Below are positions 1-11,362 of a DNA stretch of 64,000 nt, piece after piece. Within the stretch, counting starts at the first letter, position 1, and each line of letters opens with the position of its first letter. Source of the DNA: Lama glama (taxonomy: Eukaryota); the NCBI GenBank assembly GCA_028534125.1, contig CM052832.1, positions 20,400,001 to 20,464,000 on the forward strand. The letters are read 5' to 3'. A model generated the notes under the pieces. It was given only the letters and a program-made list of their open reading frames with translations, searched no databases and had not been told where the DNA came from. The position numbers were made by a program, and so were the translations under genes.

Positions 1-214
1 CAAGAACCACCGCAGTCGCTCCTCCCCAGTAAGAGCGCACTTGTCTCCTTGTACCAAGAAAGAAAGGCAAAGCCAGTTACTTGTTTACCCTTCCTTTGGT
101 CTACTTACCACAGTAGATCTGTATTACATATTATTGCTGAGAAACAGACTCAAGGAAATATTAACTGACCCACCCAAGGAGCCCTGGCAGCGGGGAAGTT
201 GTGCATCACGGGCT

Positions 215-440
215 CGGCGTCACGGCTTTGGAAGTCAGGCAGATCTGGCTTTGAAAAGTGACTTCACTATATAGGGATACTAGTGATATCGCTAAGGCTT
301 ATTTTTTACATCTATAAAATACAGAGAAAAACATATTTCTCAAAAAGCTCATGTGAAAATTAAATAATATAATGTATGTAAAGTGCCCAGGATGGTACTT
401 TGCCTGTAATAGAATTTAATAAAGGTTAACACTATTAGTT
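215..440 (+). mobile_element. MIR SINE, old and diverged
   Basis: Collinear MIR motifs: ggctttggaagtcaggcagatctgg; catctataaaat; gtgaaaattaaataatataatgtatgtaaagtgccc; aataaaggttaacactatt. Confidence 0.75.
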
Positions 441-2358
441 ACTCATTGGTAAAGTACCCTTTGGAAAGTATATTTTGACCTAATCAAATGGGAAGTAACT
501 GCAGGCATGGCGCAAAACCATCCGTCCCCCTTCAGTAAAATAAGTCCTCAGGGCCGGAGGGTAAGCACACGTCCTCTTGTCCTTCCACACCGACCACGGA
601 GAAGAGCTGGTCACCTTCACCTGTTCAACCACACTTCACAGAGTAGAAATCACTGTTAACTGGCATCTCTACTTACTCTTCCCCAGGCTAAAAAAAAATC
701 CTATGTCATTTAACCTTTTCAAATTGGGCTTGTTTTCTTATACTTAATCATCTCTGTGGCTCACCTTTGAACGTTCCACATTTTCTCCCTTAATTATGAA
801 GGCCCCAAACGGGCGCAGTGCGGGGAGCCTGCCTGGCGTTGGCATACTGTGCGAGTTAGCAGGGTGGAAAATGAAGAGGGGGAAGAGCTTCGGTCTTGCG
901 GCTGGTTATTGTGCTGCCTTCAAACTAGCCACGTGTTGCTGTGCAGCTTTCCAAGAATACCCACCTAACACAGAACGCTCTCTCACTGCCATGTCACTAG
1001 CTAGTCTTTTCTCTTCTTACTAATGACTTCTTTTTTCTACCTTAAGTTTCTTTATCCTAGTAAGGTAATGTATACACAGCTAAGGAAAAATAAGAATAAT
1101 AATTTGCTATAACATTGTGGGATGCAAAACAAGGTCACTGTCACCCAAATTACATGGCTTATTGTATCTACTTTCCATTTTATACTGTCTCTTTTTATGG
1201 ACTATCTTCTCAACATGTCTTCATATCATTTGGGAACCAGGGGAAAAAAAAACTAACAATAATGAAAATCAGCACTTTTATAGCACTGGGGAGAAAAAGG
1301 CTGCATGGTCAAGGTTGGGAACGTAGTACGTCATGTCAGCTTCTTGGAAATCCCCATTGTTACTGGTATATGAAAACCCGAAAGCCCAACAGTTAATACA
1401 ACTATTCAATTCGTCCGACCTGTTTCATGATGGCACCTTTGGGGGATCCATACTTACATCCAACAGAAATCACATTCCGGTGGAATCCATTTTGGAAATG
1501 TTAATATCACTCAAATTTATAACTAGACACCAGAAAGCTGAGGCTTCAAGTGGTTGCTTGCCTAGTTCTCATTTCTTTTATTTCCAATCCTCTAAAATCT
1601 TACTATTCTTCCTCACGTATGTGCCACCTTGGCCCCACAGACATTTCTTACTGCATTTTTACCCCAAATGGCTGAACACGCTTTCATCTCCTTTCAACAA
1701 AGAAAAACAGCAACAATGTAGATGTCTGTATAGAACTCATTCCCACACTGTTCCCTAAATGTCCCCTCTCCACATACTTCCTAAATACACACTGACGCAG
1801 ATGCCTCTGATGGGAACGTGTATTCTTCGGCTGTAGGCTAGGGACAGTATCTCTGCTCTGTCTTTGAGTACACATTTACCTAGTCAGGATTACTAGTTTC
1901 AGGTTCTGCTAACGTGAGGAAATGACAAAGCATTAGGTCATCATGAAGTCATAAAATATCCCAAAGGTTAATCAATATATTAATTTATAAATGCACGTGT
2001 AATGCATTAAACGTCATTTTTCAGCTGATGATTTCTATTACCCAGAAAAAGCCTCATGGAAGAGAATTATTAAAGTTCTTTCCTATCAGCCTTGAAACTG
2101 AAGACCAAGGAAAGCATCCATTTTAAGAAAGAGGTCACTCTTTATTATTGTGTGTGACCCCAGGGCAAGTGTCTTCATTTCCACTCTAAAGCACAACCCA
2201 TTTAAAACTCATGTTGCGACCCTCACGTATCAGATGAGAGCAATGTACTATCAAAAACCTGAATAAGAAAGAGCTTGAGAATTGATTTTCCATGTTGCTG
2301 TGACCAATATGCTTTTCATTAGTTCCACTAACATCAGTGCTAAATATGTAGAAGCATG

Positions 2359-2359
<1 letters not shown>

Positions 2360-2391
<32 letters not shown>
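2360..2391. repeat. (TG)16 microsatellite
   Basis: Read directly from the sequence. Confidence 0.98.
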
Positions 2392-2392
<1 letters not shown>

Positions 2393-3747
2393 TGTTTTTG
2401 TTTTATCCTGAGATCACCGCCACAAAGCTATAGCCTTCTGATGAAAGGAAAAGGGGGAAAACAAATCTTCATCATTCTCCTGTTGGTCCCAGGCCCGAAC
2501 GACTCCATTTTCCCAAGTCAGCCAATGCCTTGCACATCTGAAGCACTAAACTTGGTTCCTGGAAATACTGCCTGCTGGTTAAATCACCCACACTGGATAG
2601 GTCCTTAAAGAGCAAGGCATGCCTGGAAATTTACTGCCACAAGGGTATATATATATCTTTCTAAGGCCTGCAATTCTCTGGAGCCTCTTCCCCAAACAAG
2701 GCTCTGGATGTTTGTCCCTGCAGAGGGCAACCAAGAGCCGCACTGCCGGCCAGATGCAGCCTCGTACCCTGAAGGAGCGGTGAGCAAGGATGCTTAGCTT
2801 GGGCCTTCGTGGGACCATAACAGCTAATCTCCGTCATGTGAATGGCTTTACACTGACCCATCGTTCCTTTTTAATTTAACAGCATGCTCTCAACTGCTTG
2901 GAAAAGACCAATTAGGCTGACCCGTCATCCCTTCAAAGGCCTGACTGTTCTGACACCTGGTCAAAGACACCCACTACATACGCAGACATGCAGGGGAAGC
3001 CAGATTCACATACAAACCCACAGACACTCTGAGGTTCTCTGACATCCGGCCAGTTCCTTCTGTGTTTAGGTAGACATCGAATCATCTGGCACCTCAAAGT
3101 TTGTCCTAACCAATCAGAGTTCCTTTACACCATCTTACAACTGGTTTGTTTTTATTATTCACCTCCTTTGTTGAGGTCCCAACTATAAGCCAGAATGACA
3201 CTGGTTTGGGGGCAAAGAGTTTTATAGCCATGTCATGGCATGTTTCAATTTTCTGGCTAAAATGGTCCTGTGTGCTCTCTGCATTACCATTTACAGCACA
3301 GCAAATTCACTTCGAAGCTGACTGCATCCTGTTCTCTTCAGCAGTCAGCCAGGACGGCACCACTGAACACGCAGACAGCAAAAAGACCTGGGGGAGTGCC
3401 CCCCATCAGTTGCCCCAGTGGGGCAGATCTGGCTTCAATTCAGAGATACTACTGGCTGCTTCCATATCCAGAAAAAGAAATCAGCTCATTATCCAAGAAA
3501 ACACAAAGTTTTAAAAACTTCCTTAAACATTTGTGGAGCTTCCCCCTATGACAACTGTGTGTTGTTTATGTTTCCAGCTCTCATGTAATAGGTACCTGAT
3601 GAAGACCTACACTCTTGATCAATTTTCATATTACTACTGGCGCCCATGAACTTCATTAATGGCATTTTGAGATTTTAGATCCACTGTGAACCACAAAGAA
3701 CACAGGGAAACTGAGAGATGAGACCATTTTATAATAATGTTTTGGAC

Positions 3748-3940
3748 CAGTGTTCTCAAAGTGTGATCCTGCAGTCAGCAACTTCAGCCTCAATGTTTCC
3801 TGGAAGTTTCTAGAAAAGTGAGCTCCTGAGCTCTCCTCCAGACCCACTGTGTCACCAACCCTGGGAGTGGGTTTCAGCAAGGTGTGCTTCAACAAGCCCT
3901 CCCGATGAGTCCGAGGCAAGCTAAATCTTGAGAACCATTG
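3748..3940 (+). mobile_element. MER5A (hAT-Charlie MITE), near full length
   Basis: Terminal inverted repeats cagtgttctcaaa / ttgagaaccattg; internal ccagacccactg and aacaagccctcc motifs. Confidence 0.88.
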
Positions 3941-4014
3941 CCTTAGCCATTTTTGCGGCTTTCGGGATTTACCTATTATTCTGACATAGAGCAGTTTCCC
4001 TTCTTCTCATAGTA

Positions 4015-4160
4015 ACTTCACGAAGTAGGCAGAACAGATATTCATTTGTCCAACTTTCCAAAGAAGAAGACACACTTTAAAAGCGGAATTTGTTCAAGAT
4101 TGTTCTGTTGCTAAATGTTAAAGCAAAATCAGATCACAGGGCTTCTAGTTTTAATTCTCA
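4015..4160 (-). mobile_element. MIR fragment
   Basis: Weak collinear similarity to antisense MIR core (gaagtagg...ttgttcaagat...ctaaatg). Confidence 0.45.
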
Positions 4161-4635
4161 TTTCACGGCAACCTCCTACTGGGCAGCAAAATCACTATCC
4201 AACAGACCACGAAGCCAGGGAGGCTTACCTGGCTCTAGTGGCACACTGGCTGGGCTGGCCAGGTAGAGCCCCTAATGGCTGAGCACCATGAAAGTCATAA
4301 ATAAATGCATAGATAAATAGATAAATAAATAGAAAATTGGATTAAGGACAGGGGACAAAGCTAAGGAATGAGGAGAGTCCAAAATCGCCAACAAATACAG
4401 TGTGGGTGGGGAGAGAACAGCCATGAACGGCTGGGAAAGGGAGGAGGAGACACGGCTTCAAAGAAGGAGGCGGGTCCAGCTTGGACATTTTTCTTAGACC
4501 TTGTGGCAGGAGAAACATCGTTCAGATTCAGAACAATGTCTATGACACATATGGAAACCACAAATATTGTTTTGATCCAAAACACTTTCAAGCAGTCCCC
4601 CCCCTTATTTATCTTTGAACCTCATTGCCAAAATC

Positions 4636-4745
4636 AGTGTTTCTAAAAGTGAAAGCAGACCAATCATATCAGAAGTATCTGAGCACCTGTTTAAAATTCA
4701 GAGTTCTGAGCAACACATTATATTCACCAAATCTGGAGGTGCGGC
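4636..4745 (+). mobile_element. MER5-family fragment
   Basis: cagtgtttctaaaagtg TIR-like start; gtttaaaattcagagttctg. Confidence 0.55.
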
Positions 4746-4894
4746 ACAGCATCACTCTCTTTAGACTACATCTCAGCCATGCTTTCTACTTTAAGGTCAC
4801 AAGCTAGACCACAAAAAGTTCATAGTTTGTTTGCATTTGGAGTGTGTGCGTGTGTGTTAACTAAAAAGCATTTTGTAACTAAAAAGGAAAAAAT

Positions 4895-5392
4895 ATCAAC
4901 AGATGATTGGATAAAGAAGTTGTGTTATAGATACACATGCACATACACACACACAGGAATACTACTCAACCATAAAAATGAATGAAATAATGCCATTTGC
5001 AGCACCATGCATGGACACAGAGATTATCATACTAAATGAAGTAAATTAGACAAAGACCAATATCATGTGATATCACTTACAAGTAGAATCTAAAAAAAGA
5101 CACAAATGAACTTTTTTGCAAAACAGAAAGATTCACAAACATAGAAAACAAACTTGCAGTTGCCAAAGGGGAAGGGGAGGGGAGGGATAAATTAGGAGTC
5201 TGGGATTAGCAGATACAAACTACTATGTATAAAATAAACAACAAGGTCGTACTTATAGCCCAGGGAACTACAGTCAATAGCTTGTGATAATCTATAATGA
5301 AAAAGAATATATACATGTATAACTGAATCACTATGCTGTACACAAGAAACTAATACAACACTGTAAATCACATATACTTCAATTAAAAAAAA
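4895..5392 (+). mobile_element. 5'-truncated LINE-1 (ORF2 end + 3'UTR), cetartiodactyl-type
   Basis: atcaacagatgattggataaagaag; gaaataatgccatttgcagca; gattagcagatacaaactacta; actgaatcactatgctgtacac; ends tatacttcaatt + A tail. Confidence 0.95.
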
Positions 5393-5994
5393 GGGGGGGG
5401 CCTTCCTCCTCAACACCCAAGAAAGGTCATGGGAAAAAGCTCTGCTTTGCACCCAAAGTAGAAGAAAAAGGCAAGACACAGGACATAATGGAGAAGCCCT
5501 TTTGTGTGTTACGTGATCCCTACCTGAAATAAGTAACAAGGAAAGAGCGTACCTATAACTGACCTGTGTGGTCGTGCCGGCTCAGACGCAGCACTACATC
5601 GTGGTAAAGATAAATATCATTTGCTCTCTAAGCACAAATGTTATACAAATACATCAAGTTACAGTGAAAATATCACTATGGGGGCATGAGTCCATGGGAG
5701 AAATGAAGGGGGATTTATGGACCCAAGTTTATAGTCTCTGGAAAATCATCTTTCCTGCCTTACCTCAAGCTCCTACATCTTCTAACAAGCTACAAAGTGC
5801 CTGTGCAATAACACAACTGGATCGATTTCTATTTTGGTGAGAGTCCTGGCACTGTTTCATTATGTCATGTAAAAGGTCATGATAAAAACAAATCTAAAAT
5901 AAATAAATGAATTGGCCCAGCCCATTTCAAGTCAATTCAATCTGCTCTAAATTGTATTTACTATTTCTTTTCTTAATTTCCATATTTCCCAACA

Positions 5995-6103
5995 CCCATT
6001 CCTAGAGATTGTGATTTAATTGGTTTGGGATGTGATCTGTGCTTTGGATTTTTCAAAAGATTCCTAAACAATTCTAATGTTCAGATAAATTTGGGGATCA
6101 TGG
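5995..6103 (+). mobile_element. MER5B-like fragment (3' half)
   Basis: agagattgtgatttaattggtttggg...attctaatgttcag...ttggggatcatgg. Confidence 0.6.
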
Positions 6104-7638
6104 TCTTAAATCAATCACCTAAAGCAAAAGAAAAGTGAATGTTGACGATTTGTAGTACTTAAAGGCAATTATTTTCCCTCTTTGAAGCCTTCAATGGTTC
6201 CTCATTATGTGTACTATTTTTTAGGTCCTATAGAATAAATAATAAGTACTTAGGGAAAAAAAGGCAAGCCTTCCGTTATCTGATCACTGATTGTCTGTAC
6301 ACTTTAACTTCTACCTTCCCGCCTAACAATTCACACTCATGGAATGTGAAACTCTTATGTACCGACATATTCAAGATTATCTGTCAAAAGTGAGTCAATA
6401 AGAATGAGAAAGTATTTCCAGACGGCCCTCTAGAACCATTCTAATACGGAATGGAGTTAAAGTTGGAACTGCTTTGTGGATTTGGATGAGGGGCACCTAT
6501 ATGATTTATTTGTCATTTACCAGGTGCTTTGCTCTCATTTTCAGTCACTGATCTAAAATATTCCAAAGCCTTTACTACTTGGTTCTAAGCCTGAGGTCCT
6601 GTCAGAGGTGGTAAGATGTGAGCCCTGATGATTCTCCTTCCAATACTGCATTTCATGCCAAATGGTCCTTCCTCTTCTGTTCCCAGCTTCTGTCGTGCGC
6701 AGCCGGCAGCCACCCTTGTGGACTTGCTGCCCTGGAGAGATGCACCCTCAGAGGAACGTACCATAGCTCCCCGTTGTATATAATGAGAATGAAAGCTAAA
6801 CAAGAGAATGGTGAAAATCACTCTTCCTTTCTCTTGGCATTATACACACACTTCTACGGATGAAGACTTCAAACACAAGGGTGCAGGAATCTTTCTCTAA
6901 AGGAAGGTCATGCGTTTCTGTCATGCCCCCTCCTGGTCAGGCTGCTTTCCCTGGGAAGCCACATCTCCGCTACACCCAGCCATACCCCGTTCCGCCTATC
7001 CCTAAATCTCAGAACAGCCACTCACGTACACCCTAAAAAGCAGCCTAGAAAGGTCATTCCCACAATTTGAGCAATAATGCTAACCAAAAACCTGGTCACT
7101 GTCTCATTCGCATTCTGACCTCTCGTTTGTGTGTTTGTTTGTTTGTTTCCCAGCTTCCCCACTCTGTCTGAATAAAGGGCTAATTCTGTCTTCTCGAATG
7201 AGATTGGACTGAAGGCAACTGAGCTGAAATATTTCCAGCTCCCTTAGGAAAACACTGTTGCTCCAAAAAAAGACCTAAGTAAGGTTTTCTTTTTTGTTTT
7301 TAATGCTACAATAGAGATTTATTGGTGACTCTTTAACTTAATAAAGTCACTTTTAGGGCAAAATAAAGACACTTGGGAAAAGGCATCAGAAATTGTTACC
7401 CCTTCAGAGAGCTGGCAGCCAGCCCTGTTGTCTATCCAAATATGTAACTGACATTGCCAAACCCAAGGTAGCACTTTTATATCAAATCCATAAGCTTTCT
7501 CTCAACTCACTTGATTGTGTAAATCCACTCAAATGTATGGCAAAGAGTGGATTTGAATTTTTTATATAAACAGCTCCAACCACTGGACATTATACCAAAT
7601 AGAAAAACACAGACAAGGGTAAATTCAGAAATTGTACA

Positions 7639-7772
7639 GCGAGAGGGTAGAGCTCAGTGGTAGAGCATGTGCCTAGCATGCAGGAGGTCCTGGGTTCAAC
7701 CCCAGTACCTCCATTAAACAAACAAACAAACAAACAAACCTAATTACCTCTCCTCCCCCAACTCCCATAACA
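7639..7772 (+). mobile_element. Camelid tRNA-derived SINE (vic-1 type)
   Basis: A box tagagctcagtggtagagc, B box ggttcaacccc, (AAAC)n linker, cctaattacctc tail; perfect 10-bp TSD AAATTGTACA at 7629-7638 and 7773-7782. Confidence 0.93.
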
Positions 7773-9079
7773 AAATTGTACAATAGAGGCAAGCTGGACT
7801 TATGCCATGTCATCTGACATTGTTCAATAAAGCTCAGAAGCTAATGCATTTGCTTCTGGTGACACTTGTCAATAATGTATACATCCTTATTGAAGATATG
7901 AAAAATTGATCTAGACCTGGGACGTTTTAGAAGTTGAAGTGGCTGATTATGATATTTCAAGGAAGATGTTTTTAGTTTTGTAGTAAAAGGAATAAATGCC
8001 TAAAGTGAATAGGCTTTTGTTTAAACACAATAAGCAAGTGTACTAAGATAATACTGATATTTAAAAGTATCTGGACAAGGCAAAATAAGATGAATCAAAC
8101 AATTTTCTGAGGATTATGTGCCCAGCCTTGAGTAAAGTGCTTAAGGCATTAACTCTATATACTGAGTTTACCTTTCCAGTTGACCTTTACCTTCTTTTTG
8201 AGAACCACACTGGAAGGGCTTTGCTTAATATTTAAGGTATATTTTTGTCTTATTTAAAAATAGATAACTGTCATTTACTTTTTTTCCAGTGAAGTTTTTC
8301 TTCCTTTTCGATTTTGGGCTTTGTTTTGTTTTGGTTGCAGGTTGAGTAAGAAGAGAGGAATTGAGCATTGGGATGTAGGAAAACTTATCCAATAATGAAG
8401 TCAGTAACGCCGTCAGCCAACTTGGACACCCCCTAGCAAGGTACCACATAAACGTCTTTCTGAGGCTAAGAAAATTATTGGTTTTCCTCTCAAGTTAACA
8501 TTTTGCATCTAGTCTCTTTTTTCTTTAAACAGGCTATTCATGTCAGTGAGACTAAGTATGAGGACATTATGGTAAATGGAAAATCCTAGATAAGGAAGAA
8601 TTGCTAAAACCTAAAAGAAGAGTGTAAATATTTCATTCAGGAGTTGGGATAAGCCTACTCATTAATTTAAGGCTAGGATCTGAAAGGCCTTTGAAAATAA
8701 CTAATAAAGCAAGCAGGTCATTGATTACCTCTCTTAATACAATTTGAAAAAGCAAGGATCTGGTTTCCCATTTGGCCAGAAGGAAGGGATAGATTTTTTT
8801 TCAAAATGGAAAAAACTTATCAGTTTCTTAAATTATAATGGTAATGATTTACAATAAAAATTTAAACACCTAAAAGCCTATGGAACACTGTCTAGCATGA
8901 TGGTAGATTGTTAAGGGGTTAAGGAAACATCAGTAGGAAGCCATTGTAATAACACAGATTCTTCATCAGTCTGGAAAAAACGTTAACTTCCAATGTATGT
9001 GGGAGTGAAGGAAAATTAAGGGATATCAGGGTAGAGAGAATACAAAATTGAATGAATTCTGTTCACAGATATGCGAACT

Positions 9080-9185
9080 TTACCATCCATTAAAAAATAT
9101 CTACCACATATGGCTATGATAGGAATTAACTGAGACAGCGTATGTAAAGTTCTCACAGCGTGATCCGCACGATGTAAACATTAGT
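9080..9185 (+). mobile_element. MIR 3' fragment
   Basis: aggaattaactgagacagcgtatgtaaagttctcacag matches the MIR tail. Confidence 0.55.
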
Positions 9186-9294
9186 TCGCTTTTCTCACCT
9201 CCTTTTTCACTGCCAAGAAACTGATTTTATACCCAAGCTTCTTGAGTACCTTTTAAGCTGAACTCCCAAATCTTCTATTATTTTTAAAAAAGGT

Positions 9295-10000
9295 GAAGAC
9301 AATAAACATATGAAAACTTGTTCAACACAATTATTCATCAGAAAAATACAGGTTAAGATGAGATATCACTAACAACCAGCAGAATGGCTAAAGTTAAGAA
9401 TATGAAGCGTCGAGGAGGATGAAAACTCTTGAGTCTTGTCGGCGGGGCTGTTAATTGGTACAATGACGCTAGGAAAATACGAGCAGGACCTAGTAAATCT
9501 ATATACTGTGACCTGCAACTCCACTACCGAGTACACATCTATCCAAAATGAATGCTTTTGCCCTCCAAATGATATATACAGTTACATTCATATAACAGCC
9601 ACACTCTGGGGAAAAAATCTCCATCAACAGGCAAATAAGTAAATAAATCGCGATAAATACCTACAAGAGAATCCTATACAACAATAAAAAGGAAGGACCT
9701 AATGAGACACATAGTAACAGAGATGAATCTCACAGACATGATGCCGAATAAAGAAGTCAGGTACAAAAACACACATTCCATACACCTCAAGTACATGGAA
9801 TTCAAAAAGAGGAAAAACAGAATAACGGCTCCCTTCGAGATGCATCCTGACTGCAGGGTTGGGAGGGAGCCTTCTAAAAGGCTAGAAATGTTCCATATCT
9901 TAATATGGGTGGTGGTAAAAGAAGTTAACACAATATATAAAAATTCACTAAGATCTTCCCTTATATATTCCCTGTACAGAGCACTTTAATATATACAGAC
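9295..10000 (+). mobile_element. Old LINE-1 (L1ME-like), ORF2 end + 3'UTR
   Basis: aataaacatatgaaaacttgttcaac; agaatggctaaagtt; ccatcaacagg; gatgaatctcacagacatgatg; gaaatgttccatatcttaatatgggtggtgg. Confidence 0.85.
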
Positions 10001-10212
10001 ATAACTTAATTAACAAAATTAAGCTGGTTCTTGTTAGTATTTCCAACAATCATGTAATTTCTTTTCATCAGCATTCTCAATATTAATATTGTACTTGATC
10101 AGTTTTTAAATCCTTTGCTGTATGTTCAGCAACTTTTTCTTTCTTAAAAGGTTCAGTACATAAATGTTATTTTCAAGGGAAATCTACTACCCTTCTCACA
10201 AAGTGTACTTTT

Positions 10213-10249
10213 TTTTTTAATTGAAGTATAGTTGATTTACAATGTTGTG
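10213..10249 (-). mobile_element. Extremely 5'-truncated LINE-1 (~37 bp)
   Basis: Minus strand reads cacaacattgtaaatcaactatacttcaatt+polyA; 16-bp TSDs at 10197-10212 and 10250-10265. Confidence 0.9.
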
Positions 10250-10542
10250 CACAAAGCATACTTTTAAGAGGTGATTTTCCCCACAGGCCAAACAAATGAG
10301 AGTGAGTCTATTCATAGCTCTAAGAGCTAGGGTGGCTGAAATTTAAATTAAGCCAGTGAGGTTTTTTCTACTAAGACTTCACCTGGACCACCAATAACCG
10401 AGTCAGACAGCATCACAGCGACAAGCATGGAACCAGGGTTAACATTAAGAGTATTCTTTTTTCTGTTTAATGAATATGAAGGCTTTTTTTTCCCTCCTCC
10501 AATTCTCATTTTTCACTTCTAAATGATTTAAATGATTTTTAA

Positions 10543-11362
10543 AAACATTTATAGCAGTATTAGGTTTATAACAAAATTGAAAGAAGGTACAGAGATTTCT
10601 CAAACACCCCCCTAAGCCATGCACATGTCTCCTCCATAATCAACATCACCCACCAGAGTGGGTTATAAAAATATGTTACAATTGATGAACCTACACTGAC
10701 ACTTCATAATTACCCCAAAGCAACAGTTTGCGTTACAGTTCATTCTTGCTGCTGTAACTTCTATGGGTTTGGACAAATGTATGATGACATCTACCCATCA
10801 TAGCATACCACTCAGGGTACTTTTCCTGACCTAAAAATCCCCTGTGCTTTGCCTATTCACTCTTACCCCACCCCACCCACCACCTCTGGCAACTAGTAAT
10901 CTCCTTATTATCTTCATAGTTTTGCCTTTCCAGAATGTCAACTTTTCCAGAGTTGGAATCATACAGTATATAGCCTTTCCAGATTGGCTTCTTTCACTTA
11001 GTAAAATGCATTTAAGGTTTCTCCGTGTCTTTTCATGGGTTGGTAACTCATATCCTTTTTGTGATGAGCAATATCCCATTGTCTGGGTGTACCGCAGTTT
11101 ATCTAGCCATCCACTCGCTGAGGGACACCTTGGTTCCCTCCGAGTGTGGGGAATTACGAATACAGCTGCTGTAAGCATCCACGTGCGGGTTTCTGTGTGG
11201 ACATTAGATTTCAACTCTTTTAGGTAAATACCAAGGAGCATGATTGTTGGATTTATGATAAGAGTATGTTTAGTTTTGTAGGGAGCAGCAAAACAGTTTT
11301 CCAATGTGGCTGGACCAGCCTGCATTCCCAACAGCAAGATATGAGAATTCCCATCGCTCCAC
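10543..11362 (-). mobile_element. LINE-1 L1MC1-like 3' end, containing a decayed ORF2 C-terminus (track ORF 10831-11337)
   Basis: L1MC-type 3'UTR (caacatcacccaccagagtgg; attgatgaacctacactgacac; ctaaaaatcccctgtgct). Translation has L1 ORF2 motifs LLGIY.KE, PRCPS...W..K, LK.ILLSERSQ. Possible TSD TAAATGATTTTTAA / TAAATAATTCTTAA. Confidence 0.92.

Noticed and set aside
7639..7712. tRNA-like sequences (also 27788-27860)
   Set aside because: They continue into a SINE body and tail with TSDs, so they are SINE heads rather than tRNA genes.
10831..11337. 168-aa ORF, the longest non-gap ORF in the track
   Set aside because: It is the decayed C-terminus of L1 ORF2 running into the 3'UTR, not a host gene.
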